From: Burkholderiales bacterium | GTDB lineage: Bacteria > Pseudomonadota > Gammaproteobacteria > Burkholderiales > Ga0077523 | DNA length: 64,000 bases | Direction: 5' to 3' | NCBI GenBank assembly: GCA_038324085.1 | Contig: JBBQHP010000003.1 | Span: forward strand, 64,720 to 128,719 | In this document: one piece after another, positions 42,668 to 54,061 of the stretch | How positions within the stretch are numbered: position 1 is the first letter of the stretch | Layout: every line of letters starts with the position of its first letter | Notes under the pieces: generated by a model | Seen by the model: the letters and a program-made list of their open reading frames with translations, nothing else | What the model was told of the DNA's origin: nothing | The model's database searches: none | Position numbers and translations under genes: made by a program

Positions 42668-44255
42668 ACAGCGTGTCTACTGTGATGGTGACGAGACCGC
42701 GTTCGACGGCGAAGCGCTCGGTGTTGCGGCGCGCCTTGCCGCGCACGAAGAACGGAATCTTCTTCAGTTCCTTCTCGCCGTCGGGCGTCCATTGCGGCAG
42801 TTCGCCCGCAGTGGCGTCGGTGGCGACCTGCTCCGCCGGCTCCGGCGCCGCGATCGTCTCGGGCGGCGCCGTCTTGCCGGCATGCGACAGATGCGAGGCC
42901 GGCGCTTCATCGTTGAACTCGAAGTCGCCACGGAACATCTGCAGCAGATGTTCCTCGAGGCCCATGACGAGCGGATGCACCCAGGTATCGAACAACACGT
43001 TCGCGCCTTCGAAGCCGTACACCGGGCTGTAGCGGGCCGGCACATCCTGGACATGGATCGGCACCGAGATGACGGCGCACGCGATGCCGAGGCGCTTGGC
43101 GATGTGGCGTTCCATCTGCGTGCCGAGCACCAGTTCCGGCGACGCCGCGGCGATCGCCTGTTCGACCTCCAGGTAGTCGTCGGCGATGAGGGGTTCGACG
43201 CCGTACTTGGCGGCCGCGTCGCGCACGTCGCGCGCAAACTCGCGGCTGTAGGTGCCGAGACCCACCACGGTGAAGCCCATCTCCTCGGTCGCGATGCGGG
43301 CCGCGGCGATGGCGTGGGTGGCATCCCCGAAGATGAACACGCGCTTGCCGGTGAGGTAGGTCGAGTCGACCGAGCGCGCATACCACTGCATGCGCGATTG
43401 CGAACCGTCGAGGCGCGCCACCCCCGGATGTTCACGGTCGAGGACCGGCGCCGGATCGACGCCGGCGAGTTGCGCGACCTCGGCGATGAACTCGCGCGTG
43501 GCGCCGAGTCCCATCGGGATGGTCCTGGTGAAGGGCATGCCGAACGTGCGCTGCAGCCATGAGGCGGTGGTGCGCGCAACCTCCGGATAGAGGTCGACAT
43601 TGAAGTCCGCCTCGGGAAGGCGCTTCAGGTCGGCGGGCGAGGCGCCGAGCGGAGCGACGATGTGGACGTCGATGCCGAGCTGGTCGAGCAGGCGGCGGAT
43701 CTCGACGATGTCGTCGCGGCAGCGGAAGCCGAGCACCGTGGGGCCGAGCAGATTGGCGCGCGGCCGGCGGTCGGCGGGTCGTTCGAGCCGCGGGGTGCCG
43801 GGCGCGGGGATGCGATCGGCGAGCAGGGTGCGCACCATCTGGTACAGGGTCTCCGCCGCACCCCAGTTCTCTTTCTTGGTGTAGGCGGGCAGTTCGAGCG
43901 GGATCACCGGTACCGGCAGGTTCATGCCCCGCGCCAGTGCGCCCGGCTGGTCCTGGAGCAGCTCGGCGGTGCAAGACTCGCCAACGAGCATCGCCTGCGG
44001 CCGGAAGCGCTCGTAGGCCTCGGCCACCGCAGTCGTCACCAGCCCGGCCGTGTCGCCCCCCAGGTCACGCGCCTGGAACGTGGTGTAGGTCACGGGCGGG
44101 CGCTTGTCCTGGCGCTCGATCATCGTGAACAGCAGGTCGGCGTAGGTGTCCCCCTGCGGCGCGTGCAGGACGTAATGCACTTCGCGCATCGAGGTGGCGA
44201 TGCGCATCGCGCCCACGTGAGGGGGGCCTTCGTAGGTCCAGAGCGTCAGTTGCAT
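42639..44255 (-). CDS. bchB: light-independent protochlorophyllide reductase subunit B
   Basis: ATG 44255 within ORF 42639..44450 gives [48 protein letters not shown]. Confidence 0.95.
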
Positions 44256-44265
44256 CGTGGCGTCC

Positions 44266-46170
<1,905 letters not shown>

Positions 46171-46286
46171 TTACACATCGGCCACTGGAGCCCTACGTCG
46201 CCCAACGTGCGTTCAACTTGCATCCGACAGGTCAAGGAGCCGACAATGCGTACGCAGAAAGTGTCAGCAGCAGGCAAACCAGGTCA

Positions 46287-46304
46287 TGTAGGGCAAATCA
46301 CACA
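46287..46304 (+). promoter_or_regulatory. isolated TGT-N12-ACA upstream of ppaA
   Basis: TGTAGGGCAAATCACACA lies 56 nt before ATG 46360, in a stretch with non-coding-like GC3 (about 49%). Could be a chance match. Confidence 0.3.
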
Positions 46305-46359
46305 CAACGAATGCCCACGGGGTACCAACCCCCGTTCTCGCTTGGGAGGGAGAGAACTG

Positions 46360-47244
46360 ATGGATAGGTTGAATAGGCTGACCGGAAACTGGACCGGCTT
46401 GGGTAGCGCGGGCGGCGTACGCCTGGAGCGCCGCGACAAGGCGGATCCACGCGACGGTTCCGCGGTCCATGTGGAACAGTTGTTCCGGACAATCGAGACG
46501 GAAATCATCCCGCGCCTGATGCTCGCGCACACGCCGCAGCGGGCGTGTCCGAGCGTGCCCGAAGTCGATGGCACCGGCCCCGACGTTGAAACCGTCCATG
46601 AATTCACCAGGCTGGTCGTGGAGCAGGACGGCGAGGTCGCGGCGGCCTACGTCGAGGCCTTGCGGGCGCAAGGAACGCCGCTGGAGGCGATCTACCTCAA
46701 GCTCATCACACCGGCGGCGCACCGGCTCGGCGAATTATGGGAAGCGGACCTGTGCGATTTCACCGAGGTGACCGTGGGCTTGTGGCGGCTCCAGCAAGTG
46801 CTTCGCGGGCTGAGTGCCGCCTTTCGCGACGAGCAACCCCAGGCGTCTACCGGCCGGCGGATATTGCTGGTCCCCTCCCCGGGCGAGCAGCACATCCTCG
46901 GCCTCATCATCGTCGGCGACTACTTCCGGCGCGAAGGGTGGGATGTGTGGGGCGAGCCTCCGGCCACCAGCGGCGACCTGCCCGATATCGTGCGGCACGA
47001 GTGGTTCGACGTCGTCGGCCTGTCCGTTGGCTGCGAGGTCCATGTCGACAAGCTCGCAGCGGAAATTCGCGCGATCCGCCATGCGTCCTGCAACCAAGAC
47101 GTTGCAATCATGGTCGGAGGGCCACTGTTCATCAAATATCCCGAGTTGGTGGCGCAGGTGGGGGCAGACGCCTCCGCGCGCGATGGACGCGAAGCAGTGC
47201 AGCAGGCGGCCAGCCTGACTGAACCGGGGGCCAGACGCATTTGA
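46360..47244 (+). CDS. ppaA: B12-binding-domain regulator PpaA/AerR
   Basis: ATG 46360 (GGGAGGGAG SD) within ORF 46207..47244. The B12-binding pattern is PGEQHILGLIIVGDYFRREGWDV...VVGLSV...IMVGGPLF. It sits immediately upstream of ppsR. Confidence 0.8.
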   Translation: MDRLNRLTGNWTGLGSAGGVRLERRDKADPRDGSAVHVEQLFRTIETEIIPRLMLAHTPQRACPSVPEVDGTGPDVETVHEFTRLVVEQDGEVAAAYVEALRAQGTPLEAIYLKLITPAAHRLGELWEADLCDFTEVTVGLWRLQQVLRGLSAAFRDEQPQASTGRRILLVPSPGEQHILGLIIVGDYFRREGWDVWGEPPATSGDLPDIVRHEWFDVVGLSVGCEVHVDKLAAEIRAIRHASCNQDVAIMVGGPLFIKYPELVAQVGADASARDGREAVQQAASLTEPGARRI

Positions 47245-48725
47245 AAACGCGGCAGGGCGGCGATGCCGAATTGGTACGTCGGGATGCGGATCTGGGTGCG
47301 TTTCCGGTGAAACATTTCGAAGCGCCAAAGAAATCACTGGGCGGGCTCGACCCCGAGGCTGCCGCGACGTTGATTGCAGCGACCACGGACGTTGCGCTGG
47401 TGCTCGATCGCCAGGGTGTGATCAGGGATCTCTCGTTCGGCAGTGCCGAGATGTCCGCCGAGGGCTACGGCAGCTGGATCGGCCAGTCGTGGGTAGACAC
47501 CGTCACGCCGGACAGCCGGTCGAAAGTCGAGGCGCTCCTGCGCGAGGCCGCGGCGAACACCGCGACGCGCTGGCGCCATGTCAACCATCCTTCCGCGAAA
47601 GGCGCGGACGTTCCGGTGCTGTACTCGGCCATCCAGGTGGGCAAGGACGGCGGCATGGTGGTCGTGGGGCGCGACCTGCGCGCCGTTGCCGCCCTGCAGC
47701 AGCGGCTCGTATCCGCGCAGCAGTCGATGGAGCGCGACTATTGGCGACTGCGCCATGTGGAGACCCGCTATCGGCTGCTGTTCGAGATGGCGTCCGAGGC
47801 CGTGCTGATCGTCGATGCCTCGTCGATGCGCGTCGTCGAAGCCAATCCCGCCGCCGGTGAGTTGCTGGGCGAGACGGTCAAGCGCATCGTCGGTCGCGCC
47901 TTTCCCGACGGGTTCGACGCCGAGAGCACCCAGGCCGTGAAAGCCGTGCTGACGGCCGTCAGATCGGCCGGTCGCAGCGACGAACTGCGAGTCCGACTCG
48001 CATCGGGCAAAGGCGAATTCCTGCTCGCGGCCTCGTTGTTCCGCCAGGAGAACAATTCGTTCTTCCTGGTGCGGCTGGCACGCCAGCAGACCGGGGCGAG
48101 CACGGCGAGCGTCCCGAAGCGCAAGTCCATGCTGCTCGAACTGGTCGAGAACGCGCCCGATGGCTTCGTCGTGACCGATCCTTCCGGGCGGATCCTGACC
48201 GCCAACCGGGCGTTCATCGATCTCGCGCAGATCGCCACGGAAGATCTCGTGCGAGGCGAAACGCTCGAGCGCTGGCTGGGTCGACCGGGGGTCGACCTGA
48301 AGGTGTTGATCTCGAACCTGCGGCAGCACGGTTCGGTACAACTGTATGCGACGACCCTGCTGGGTGAGTTCGGTACCGCGACCGACGTGGAGATCTCCGC
48401 GGTTTCGGTGCCCCAGGCCGAAGAGCCCTGCCTTGGGTTCACCATTCGCAACACCGGCCGCCGGCTGATGGCGGACCCGCGCGCGGGTCGGGAGCTGCCC
48501 CGGTCCGTGGAGCAACTCACCGAGCTGGTCGGCCGTGTGTCGCTGAAGGACCTCGTGCGCGAGTCGACCGATCTCATCGAGCGTCTGTGCATCGAAGCCG
48601 CGCTGGAGCTGACCGGCGACAACCGCGCTTCGGCTGCGGAAATGCTCGGCTTGAGTCGCCAGAGCCTGTACGTCAAGCTGCGGCGATACGGGCTGGGCGA
48701 TCTCGCTTCGGAAGAAGGTCGCTGA
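47241..48725 (+). CDS. ppsR: photosynthesis gene repressor PpsR/CrtJ
   Basis: 494-aa ORF (TTG start overlapping the ppaA TGA). It has repeated PAS segments, the Q-linker LVSAQQSMERDYWRLRHVETRYRLLFE and the C-terminal Fis-type HTH CIEAALELTGDNRASAAEMLGLSRQSLYVKLRRYGL. Confidence 0.9.
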   Translation: MKTRQGGDAELVRRDADLGAFPVKHFEAPKKSLGGLDPEAAATLIAATTDVALVLDRQGVIRDLSFGSAEMSAEGYGSWIGQSWVDTVTPDSRSKVEALLREAAANTATRWRHVNHPSAKGADVPVLYSAIQVGKDGGMVVVGRDLRAVAALQQRLVSAQQSMERDYWRLRHVETRYRLLFEMASEAVLIVDASSMRVVEANPAAGELLGETVKRIVGRAFPDGFDAESTQAVKAVLTAVRSAGRSDELRVRLASGKGEFLLAASLFRQENNSFFLVRLARQQTGASTASVPKRKSMLLELVENAPDGFVVTDPSGRILTANRAFIDLAQIATEDLVRGETLERWLGRPGVDLKVLISNLRQHGSVQLYATTLLGEFGTATDVEISAVSVPQAEEPCLGFTIRNTGRRLMADPRAGRELPRSVEQLTELVGRVSLKDLVRESTDLIERLCIEAALELTGDNRASAAEMLGLSRQSLYVKLRRYGLGDLASEEGR

Positions 48726-48798
48726 AGCCGGAATTGGCGCGCCGCTGTCGCTGCCGGCGGCGTGCGCGCAGAACGTCGATCGGCGTGTGTCCTGAATG

Positions 48799-48842
48799 TG
48801 TAACTTCTGATTGACATTTAATACTGTCATCTGTAGTTTTCA
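48799..48842 (+). promoter_or_regulatory. bchG promoter with PpsR/CrtJ-type operator
   Basis: Perfect TGT-N12-ACA at 48799..48816 contains -35 TTGACA (48811..48816). 17 nt separate it from -10 TAGTTT (48834..48839). A one-mismatch TGT-N12-TCA at 48825..48842 lies over the -10. Confidence 0.6.
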
Positions 48843-48846
48843 GTGC

Positions 48847-49764
48847 ATGGCACGCACTGCGATGACAGTAGCAATGGGGGCTCGTCCGGCGCCGGCGGCG
48901 GTGTTGGAATTGCTGAAGCCGATCACGTGGTTTCCACCGATGTGGGCGTTCGGCTGCGGGGTGGTGTCCGCCGGCGTGCCCCTTGCGGGGCGATGGTCTC
49001 TGATCGTGCTCGGCATCCTGCTCGCTGGGCCGCTCGTGTGTGCAACCAGTCAGGCGGTCAACGACTGGTTCGACCGCCATGTCGATGCCATCAACGAGCC
49101 CGGGCGACCGATCCCGTCCGGGCGGATCCCCGGTCTGTGGGGCCTCTGGATCGCCATTGCATGGACTGCGCTGTCGCTCGCCGTCGCGCTCGCATTGGGT
49201 CGATGGGTGTTCGGTGCCGCCGTGCTCGGTCTCGCACTCGCCTGGGCGTACAGCGCACCGCCGCTGCGGCTCAAACAGAACGGCTGGTGGGGAAACGCGG
49301 CGTGCGGGCTGTGCTACGAAGGGCTCGCCTGGATCACGGGCGCCGCAGTGATGGCGGGGGGGGCCATGCCGGATGGGCGCATCCTGCTGCTCGCCGCGCT
49401 CTACAGCATCGGCGCTCACGGCATCATGACCTTGAACGATTTCAAGGCGATCGAGGGCGATCGGCGCATGGGCATCGGCTCGTTGCCGGTGCGACTCGGC
49501 ATCATGAATGCCGGACGCGCCGCTTGTCTTTTCATGGCGGTGCCGCAATTCGTCGTGGTGGCACTGCTGTGGGCGTGGGATCGACCCTGGCACGCCGCCG
49601 GTGTCGGCGTGCTGCTTGCGGTACAACTCGGGCTGATGGCGCGCTTTCTGCCGCGACCGAGCGAGCGTGCGCTCTGGTACAGCGCGATCGGCATCAATTT
49701 CTTCGTGCTCGGCATGCTGGTCAGCGCGTTCGCCGTGCGTGGGATCGGGCCGGTGGCCCAATGA
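48847..49764 (+). CDS. bchG: bacteriochlorophyll synthase
   Basis: ATG 48847 within ORF 48811..49764. UbiA-family motif NDWFDRHVDAINEPGRPIPSGRI, plus LELLKPITWFPPMWAF. Confidence 0.95.
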   Translation: MARTAMTVAMGARPAPAAVLELLKPITWFPPMWAFGCGVVSAGVPLAGRWSLIVLGILLAGPLVCATSQAVNDWFDRHVDAINEPGRPIPSGRIPGLWGLWIAIAWTALSLAVALALGRWVFGAAVLGLALAWAYSAPPLRLKQNGWWGNAACGLCYEGLAWITGAAVMAGGAMPDGRILLLAALYSIGAHGIMTLNDFKAIEGDRRMGIGSLPVRLGIMNAGRAACLFMAVPQFVVVALLWAWDRPWHAAGVGVLLAVQLGLMARFLPRPSERALWYSAIGINFFVLGMLVSAFAVRGIGPVAQ

Positions 49765-49786
49765 TCGGCCGCCCCGCGGCTCCGGG

Positions 49787-51136
49787 ATGAGCGCCTTGCC
49801 GCTGGGATGGATCGGCATCGTCCGGCTCGGCCTGGTACAGGCCGCGCTGGGCGCCGTCGTCGTGCTCACGACCTCGACGCTCAACCGGGTCATGGTCGTC
49901 GAACTGGCGCTGCCGGCGATCGTGCCGGGAGTGCTCGTCGCGCTGCATTACCTGATCCAGGTGATGCGGCCGCGTCTCGGTCACGGCTCGGACGCCGGGG
50001 GCCGGCGCACGCCGTGGATCGTCGGCGGCATGGCCGTGCTGGCGCTCGGCGGGATCGCGGCCGCCGTTGCGACCGCGTGGATGGCCACCAATCCGGTGGC
50101 GGGATTGATCCTGGCGGTGGTGGCCTTCGCGGCGATCGGGGTCGGGGTCGGGGCGGCGGGCACCGCGCTGCTCGTGCTGCTCGCCAAGCGCGTCGCGGAA
50201 CCGCGTCGCGCGGCTGCGGCAACGATCGTGTGGATGATGATGATCGTGGGTTTCGCAATCACCGCGCTGCTTGCCGGACACCTGCTCGACCCGTTCTCGC
50301 CGGCCCGGTTGGTGGCGGTCACGACGGCCGTCTCCACAGTCGCCTTCGTGCTCGCGCTGATCGCCGTCCGGGGCGTCGAGGGCGGCGCCGCACTCGCGGA
50401 TGCACGGATCGCGGCGCGCGCCAAGCTGCCGTTCCGGGACGCATTGCGGGAGGTCTGGGCCGAACCTCAGGCGCGACGCTTCACGATCTTCGTGTTCGTC
50501 TCGATGCTCGCCTACAGCGCGCAGGATCTGATTCTCGAGCCCTTTGCCGGGACCGTGTTCGGGTTGACGCCGGGCGAATCGACCCGCCTCTCGGGCGTGC
50601 AGCATGGTGGCGTGCTGGTCGGAATGGTGCTGGTGGCGCTCGCGGGCAGCGCCGGCGCCGGCCACCGCTTCGGCTCGCTGCGGGCCTGGACGATCGGTGG
50701 GTGTCTCGCATCCGCCGTGGCCTTGCTCGGGCTGGTCGCCGCCGCAATTGCGGGCCCCGCATGGCCATTGCGCGAATCGGTGTTTGCACTCGGCATCGCG
50801 AACGGGGCATTCGCCGTGGCTGCGATCGGATCGATGATGGGGCTGGCTGGTGCCGGGCGCGAAGCGCGCGAAGGCGTCCGGATGGGATTGTGGGGTGCGG
50901 CCCAGGCTGTCGCCTTCGGTCTCGGCGATCTCGTGGGCACGGCCGCGAGCGACATCGCGCGCCAACTGCTCGGGTCTCCGGCGAGCGCGTACGCAGTGGT
51001 GTTCTGTGCCGAGGCTATTGTTTTCGTTTACGCCGCCGTGCTCGCGGTGCGCGTCGGGCAGGTCGGCGCGCAGACCGCGCGCGCGGCCCCGGTGCCACAG
51101 GGTGGCGGTGTTCTTGCGCAGGGCGGGAGAGGATGA
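49787..51136 (+). CDS. PucC-family (BCD) MFS protein between bchG and bchP
   Basis: ATG 49787 within ORF 49667..51136. Contains IVRLGLVQAALGAVVVLTTSTLNRVMVVELALPAIVPGVLVALHYLIQVMRPRLGHGSD. It is a paralogue of lhaA. Confidence 0.85.
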   Translation: MSALPLGWIGIVRLGLVQAALGAVVVLTTSTLNRVMVVELALPAIVPGVLVALHYLIQVMRPRLGHGSDAGGRRTPWIVGGMAVLALGGIAAAVATAWMATNPVAGLILAVVAFAAIGVGVGAAGTALLVLLAKRVAEPRRAAAATIVWMMMIVGFAITALLAGHLLDPFSPARLVAVTTAVSTVAFVLALIAVRGVEGGAALADARIAARAKLPFRDALREVWAEPQARRFTIFVFVSMLAYSAQDLILEPFAGTVFGLTPGESTRLSGVQHGGVLVGMVLVALAGSAGAGHRFGSLRAWTIGGCLASAVALLGLVAAAIAGPAWPLRESVFALGIANGAFAVAAIGSMMGLAGAGREAREGVRMGLWGAAQAVAFGLGDLVGTAASDIARQLLGSPASAYAVVFCAEAIVFVYAAVLAVRVGQVGAQTARAAPVPQGGGVLAQGGRG

Positions 51137-52335
51137 TGATCATGGCCGAGACAGAATGTTTTGATGCAGTGGTAGTGGGCGGGGGGCCGGCGGGCGCGAC
51201 GGCTGCGGCCGATCTCGCGCGCATGGGTCACTCGGTGTTGCTGCTCGATCGGGAGGGTCGCGTCAAGCCGTGCGGCGGCGCAATTCCACCGGCCCTGATC
51301 GACCAGTTCGAGATTCCCGATGCGCTGCTGGTGGCGCACGTCACGTCCGCGCGCATGATTTCACCCAAGGGGGCGGAAGTGGATATGCCGATCGATGGCG
51401 GCTTCGTCGGCATGGTCGATCGCGAAGTCTTCGACGAATGGCTCCGCCAGCGCGCTGCGGCCGCCGGTGCCGCGCGGCGGACGGGTATTTTCGAGCGCAT
51501 CACCCGCGAATCCGATGGAACGACGAGCGTCCACTTTCGCAGCAAGGCCGAGCGCGGGAATGCCGCGACCGTGCGCGCGCGGGTGGTGATCGGCGCCGAC
51601 GGCGCCACCTCGATGGTCGCCCGGCAGGAGATTGCCGGGGCCGATCGCATGCGCTACGTCTATGCCTACCATGAGATCGTGCGCTCGCCCGCGGACGGCC
51701 AAGGCAAGTTCGATGGGCAGCGGTGCGACGTGATCTATCGCGGCGAGTTGTCGCCCGATTTCTACGGCTGGGTGTTTCCGCATGGCGCTACGACCAGCGT
51801 AGGCACGGGCACGGCGAATCGCGGCTTCTCGATCCGCAATGCCGCAACCGCGCTGCGCCGTGCCAGCGGACTGGAAACAGCGGAGACCCTCCGGCGCGAA
51901 GGCGCTCCGATCCCGATGAAACCGCTCCCCCGGTGGGACAATGCGCGCGATGTCGTGCTCGCCGGGGATGCCGCCGGCGTCGTTGCACCTGCGTCGGGCG
52001 AAGGCATCTTCTATGCGATGACCGGGGGCAGACTCGCCGCGGAGGCTGCCGGCCAGTTCCTTCGAACCGGCGATGCTCGCGCGCTCGCGACAGCGCGCAA
52101 GCGTTTCATGAAGGCCCACGGCAGGGTGTTCTGGGTGCTCGGCATCATGCAGCGCTTCTGGTACGCGAGCGACAAGCGGCGTGAGCGTTTCGTGAGCATC
52201 TGCAGGGATCCGGACGTCCAGATGCTTACCTGGCAGGCCTACATGCACAAGCGGCTGGTGCGCGCGAAGCCCATGGCGCACATGCGCATCTTCTTCAAGG
52301 ACCTCGCCCACCTCGTGGGCATCGCATCGCCCTGA
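51133..52335 (+). CDS. bchP: geranylgeranyl diphosphate/bacteriochlorophyll reductase
   Basis: ATG 51133 (ATGA overlap with the upstream stop; alternative ATG 51142) within ORF 49807..52335. FAD fold FDAVVVGGGPAGATAA and LLLDREGRVKPCGGAIP. Confidence 0.95.
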   Translation: MMIMAETECFDAVVVGGGPAGATAAADLARMGHSVLLLDREGRVKPCGGAIPPALIDQFEIPDALLVAHVTSARMISPKGAEVDMPIDGGFVGMVDREVFDEWLRQRAAAAGAARRTGIFERITRESDGTTSVHFRSKAERGNAATVRARVVIGADGATSMVARQEIAGADRMRYVYAYHEIVRSPADGQGKFDGQRCDVIYRGELSPDFYGWVFPHGATTSVGTGTANRGFSIRNAATALRRASGLETAETLRREGAPIPMKPLPRWDNARDVVLAGDAAGVVAPASGEGIFYAMTGGRLAAEAAGQFLRTGDARALATARKRFMKAHGRVFWVLGIMQRFWYASDKRRERFVSICRDPDVQMLTWQAYMHKRLVRAKPMAHMRIFFKDLAHLVGIASP

Positions 52336-52392
52336 CGATACCACCCGCGCCGTCTCCGGCGCGGGCGTGCGATTCGCCATACCATCCGCGCG

Positions 52393-53679
52393 GTGCCCAT
52401 ACTTCCGCCCGACCACCCGGAACGACACCTCCTCTCCGACGAGGTGCATGCCCGCCCGCCCGAGGCCGTCGAGACGCCGGCCCTGGCGACCTATGCCGCG
52501 ATCCTCGTGGATCACGACGAGCGTGAACGCGAGCGTGCCCACGTCGCCGCGCTGTGCGAGCGCTTCGACGTCGTGCCGCCCACGAAGAGCGCCACGCATT
52601 TTGCCGCGACCCTGGGCGCGCTGCGCTTCAAGTGGGAACGCCACGGCGAGTTCTCCGGCTATACGTTATGCGTCGCCGGCGAGAGCTCGCGGCCGTTCGG
52701 TGAACCTGCGGCCGGGCATCTGCCCCCGGGTTGGCTGGCCGGAATCCCCGGGCGCACCATCGCTGCCGCGCACGCCAAGCTCGTCGCCAGCGACGGCGGC
52801 CCGCCCGATGCGACACTGCTCGCGGAGCATTTCGAGGGCAACGTCGTGGTGGGCGCCGCCATCGGTGACGGCGCCGGCGTCGCATACACCGATTTCCGTA
52901 CGCACGACGACGGCTGCACCCGGTTTCTCGTGTTCGACCACAACTTCACGCCGCGCCAGGCCGGCCGCATGTTGCAGCGCCTGTTCGAGATCGAAGCCTA
53001 TCGGATGCTGGCCCTGCTCGCACTGCCGATCGCGCGCCGCCAGACTCCCCGCATCCTCGAGATCGAGCGATCGCTCGCGATGCTCACGGACAATATTGCG
53101 GGGGAAAGCGGCGATGACGAGCAGCTGTTGGGCGAGCTGACCAAGCTCGCAGCGGAGATCGAGAGCGGGCTCGCGGCGAGCCAGTTCCGTTTCGGTGCGG
53201 GCCGCGCCTACCACGACCTGGTGAGCACGCGCATCTCGGAACTGCGTGAACTTCGCATTCCCGGAATGCAGACCATCGAGGAGTTCATGGCGCGGCGCCT
53301 GAGTCCCGCCATGGCGACCTGCGCGTCCGGCTCGCAGCGGCTGCGTGACCTGTCCGAGCGCGTCGCCCAGGCGAGCAACCTGCTGTCCACCAGAGTCGAC
53401 ATCGCGCGCGAAAAGCAGAATCAGTCGCTGCTTGCATCGATGGAGCGGCGGGCGCGCCTGCAGTTGCGGCTCCAGCAAACCGTCGAAGGTCTGTCGGTCG
53501 CGGCGATCACCTACTACGTGGTCGGCCTGGTCGCGTATGGAGCGAAGGCACTGTACACGGCGGGGTTGCCGGTGATACCCGATGTCGCAGTTGGCATTGC
53601 GATCCCCGTTGTCGTGATTTTCGTTGCATTGGCATTGCGCCGCGCGCGGCGCCGGATCGGAGAACGCAACAATGGCTGA
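52393..53679 (+). CDS. DUF3422-like membrane-anchored protein
   Basis: 428-aa ORF (GTG start). It has a soluble N-domain starting PPDHPERHLLSDEVHARP, a coiled-coil-like middle and two C-terminal TM helices followed by RRARRRI. The family name is from memory and unverified. Confidence 0.55.
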   Translation: MPILPPDHPERHLLSDEVHARPPEAVETPALATYAAILVDHDERERERAHVAALCERFDVVPPTKSATHFAATLGALRFKWERHGEFSGYTLCVAGESSRPFGEPAAGHLPPGWLAGIPGRTIAAAHAKLVASDGGPPDATLLAEHFEGNVVVGAAIGDGAGVAYTDFRTHDDGCTRFLVFDHNFTPRQAGRMLQRLFEIEAYRMLALLALPIARRQTPRILEIERSLAMLTDNIAGESGDDEQLLGELTKLAAEIESGLAASQFRFGAGRAYHDLVSTRISELRELRIPGMQTIEEFMARRLSPAMATCASGSQRLRDLSERVAQASNLLSTRVDIAREKQNQSLLASMERRARLQLRLQQTVEGLSVAAITYYVVGLVAYGAKALYTAGLPVIPDVAVGIAIPVVVIFVALALRRARRRIGERNNG

Positions 53680-53693
53680 CCGGACGGCACGCG

Positions 53694-53972
53694 ATGGGTG
53701 AGTTGTTCGTTTCCGGGCGTATCGTGGACCTGATCCTCGGGTTCACGGCGCTGGAGGGTATTGCGCTCGTGACATACCACCGCATGACGCGGCGCGGCCT
53801 CGATAGCGCCGAAGTGCTGAGCATGTTGTTGCCGGGAGTCTGCCTGTTGCTCGCATTGCGTTTCAGCATGACCGGCGCGTGGTGGGGTTGGATCGCAACG
53901 AGCCTGTTCGCATCGCTCGTGACCCATCTGGCCGACCTGGGACGCCGACACGCGCGCACGGGGGTGCAATAG
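53694..53972 (+). CDS. small hydrophobic protein (about 3 TM), unknown function
   Basis: 92-aa ORF starting 15 nt after the previous stop. GC3 is about 80% by hand count. No family recognised. Confidence 0.45.
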   Translation: MGELFVSGRIVDLILGFTALEGIALVTYHRMTRRGLDSAEVLSMLLPGVCLLLALRFSMTGAWWGWIATSLFASLVTHLADLGRRHARTGVQ

Positions 53973-54061
53973 TTCCCGGAGAAACCTCGCAAACGCTAGA
54001 ATATCGGACAAGAGTCGCCGGATCGTCGGGCGGACACAGCAGTACGCGCCATGGAACCGAC

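Noticed and set aside
46246-46359. Longer ppaA start at ATG 46246, preceded by AAGGAG
   Set aside because: The 38 codons between 46246 and 46360 have GC3 of about 49%, far below coding regions here. ATG 46360 has its own GGGAGGGAG SD.
48811-48846. TTG 48811 given by the ORF track as the bchG start
   Set aside because: This TTG is the first base of a TTGACA -35 box inside an AT-rich promoter. ATG 48847 gives a normal BchG N-terminus.
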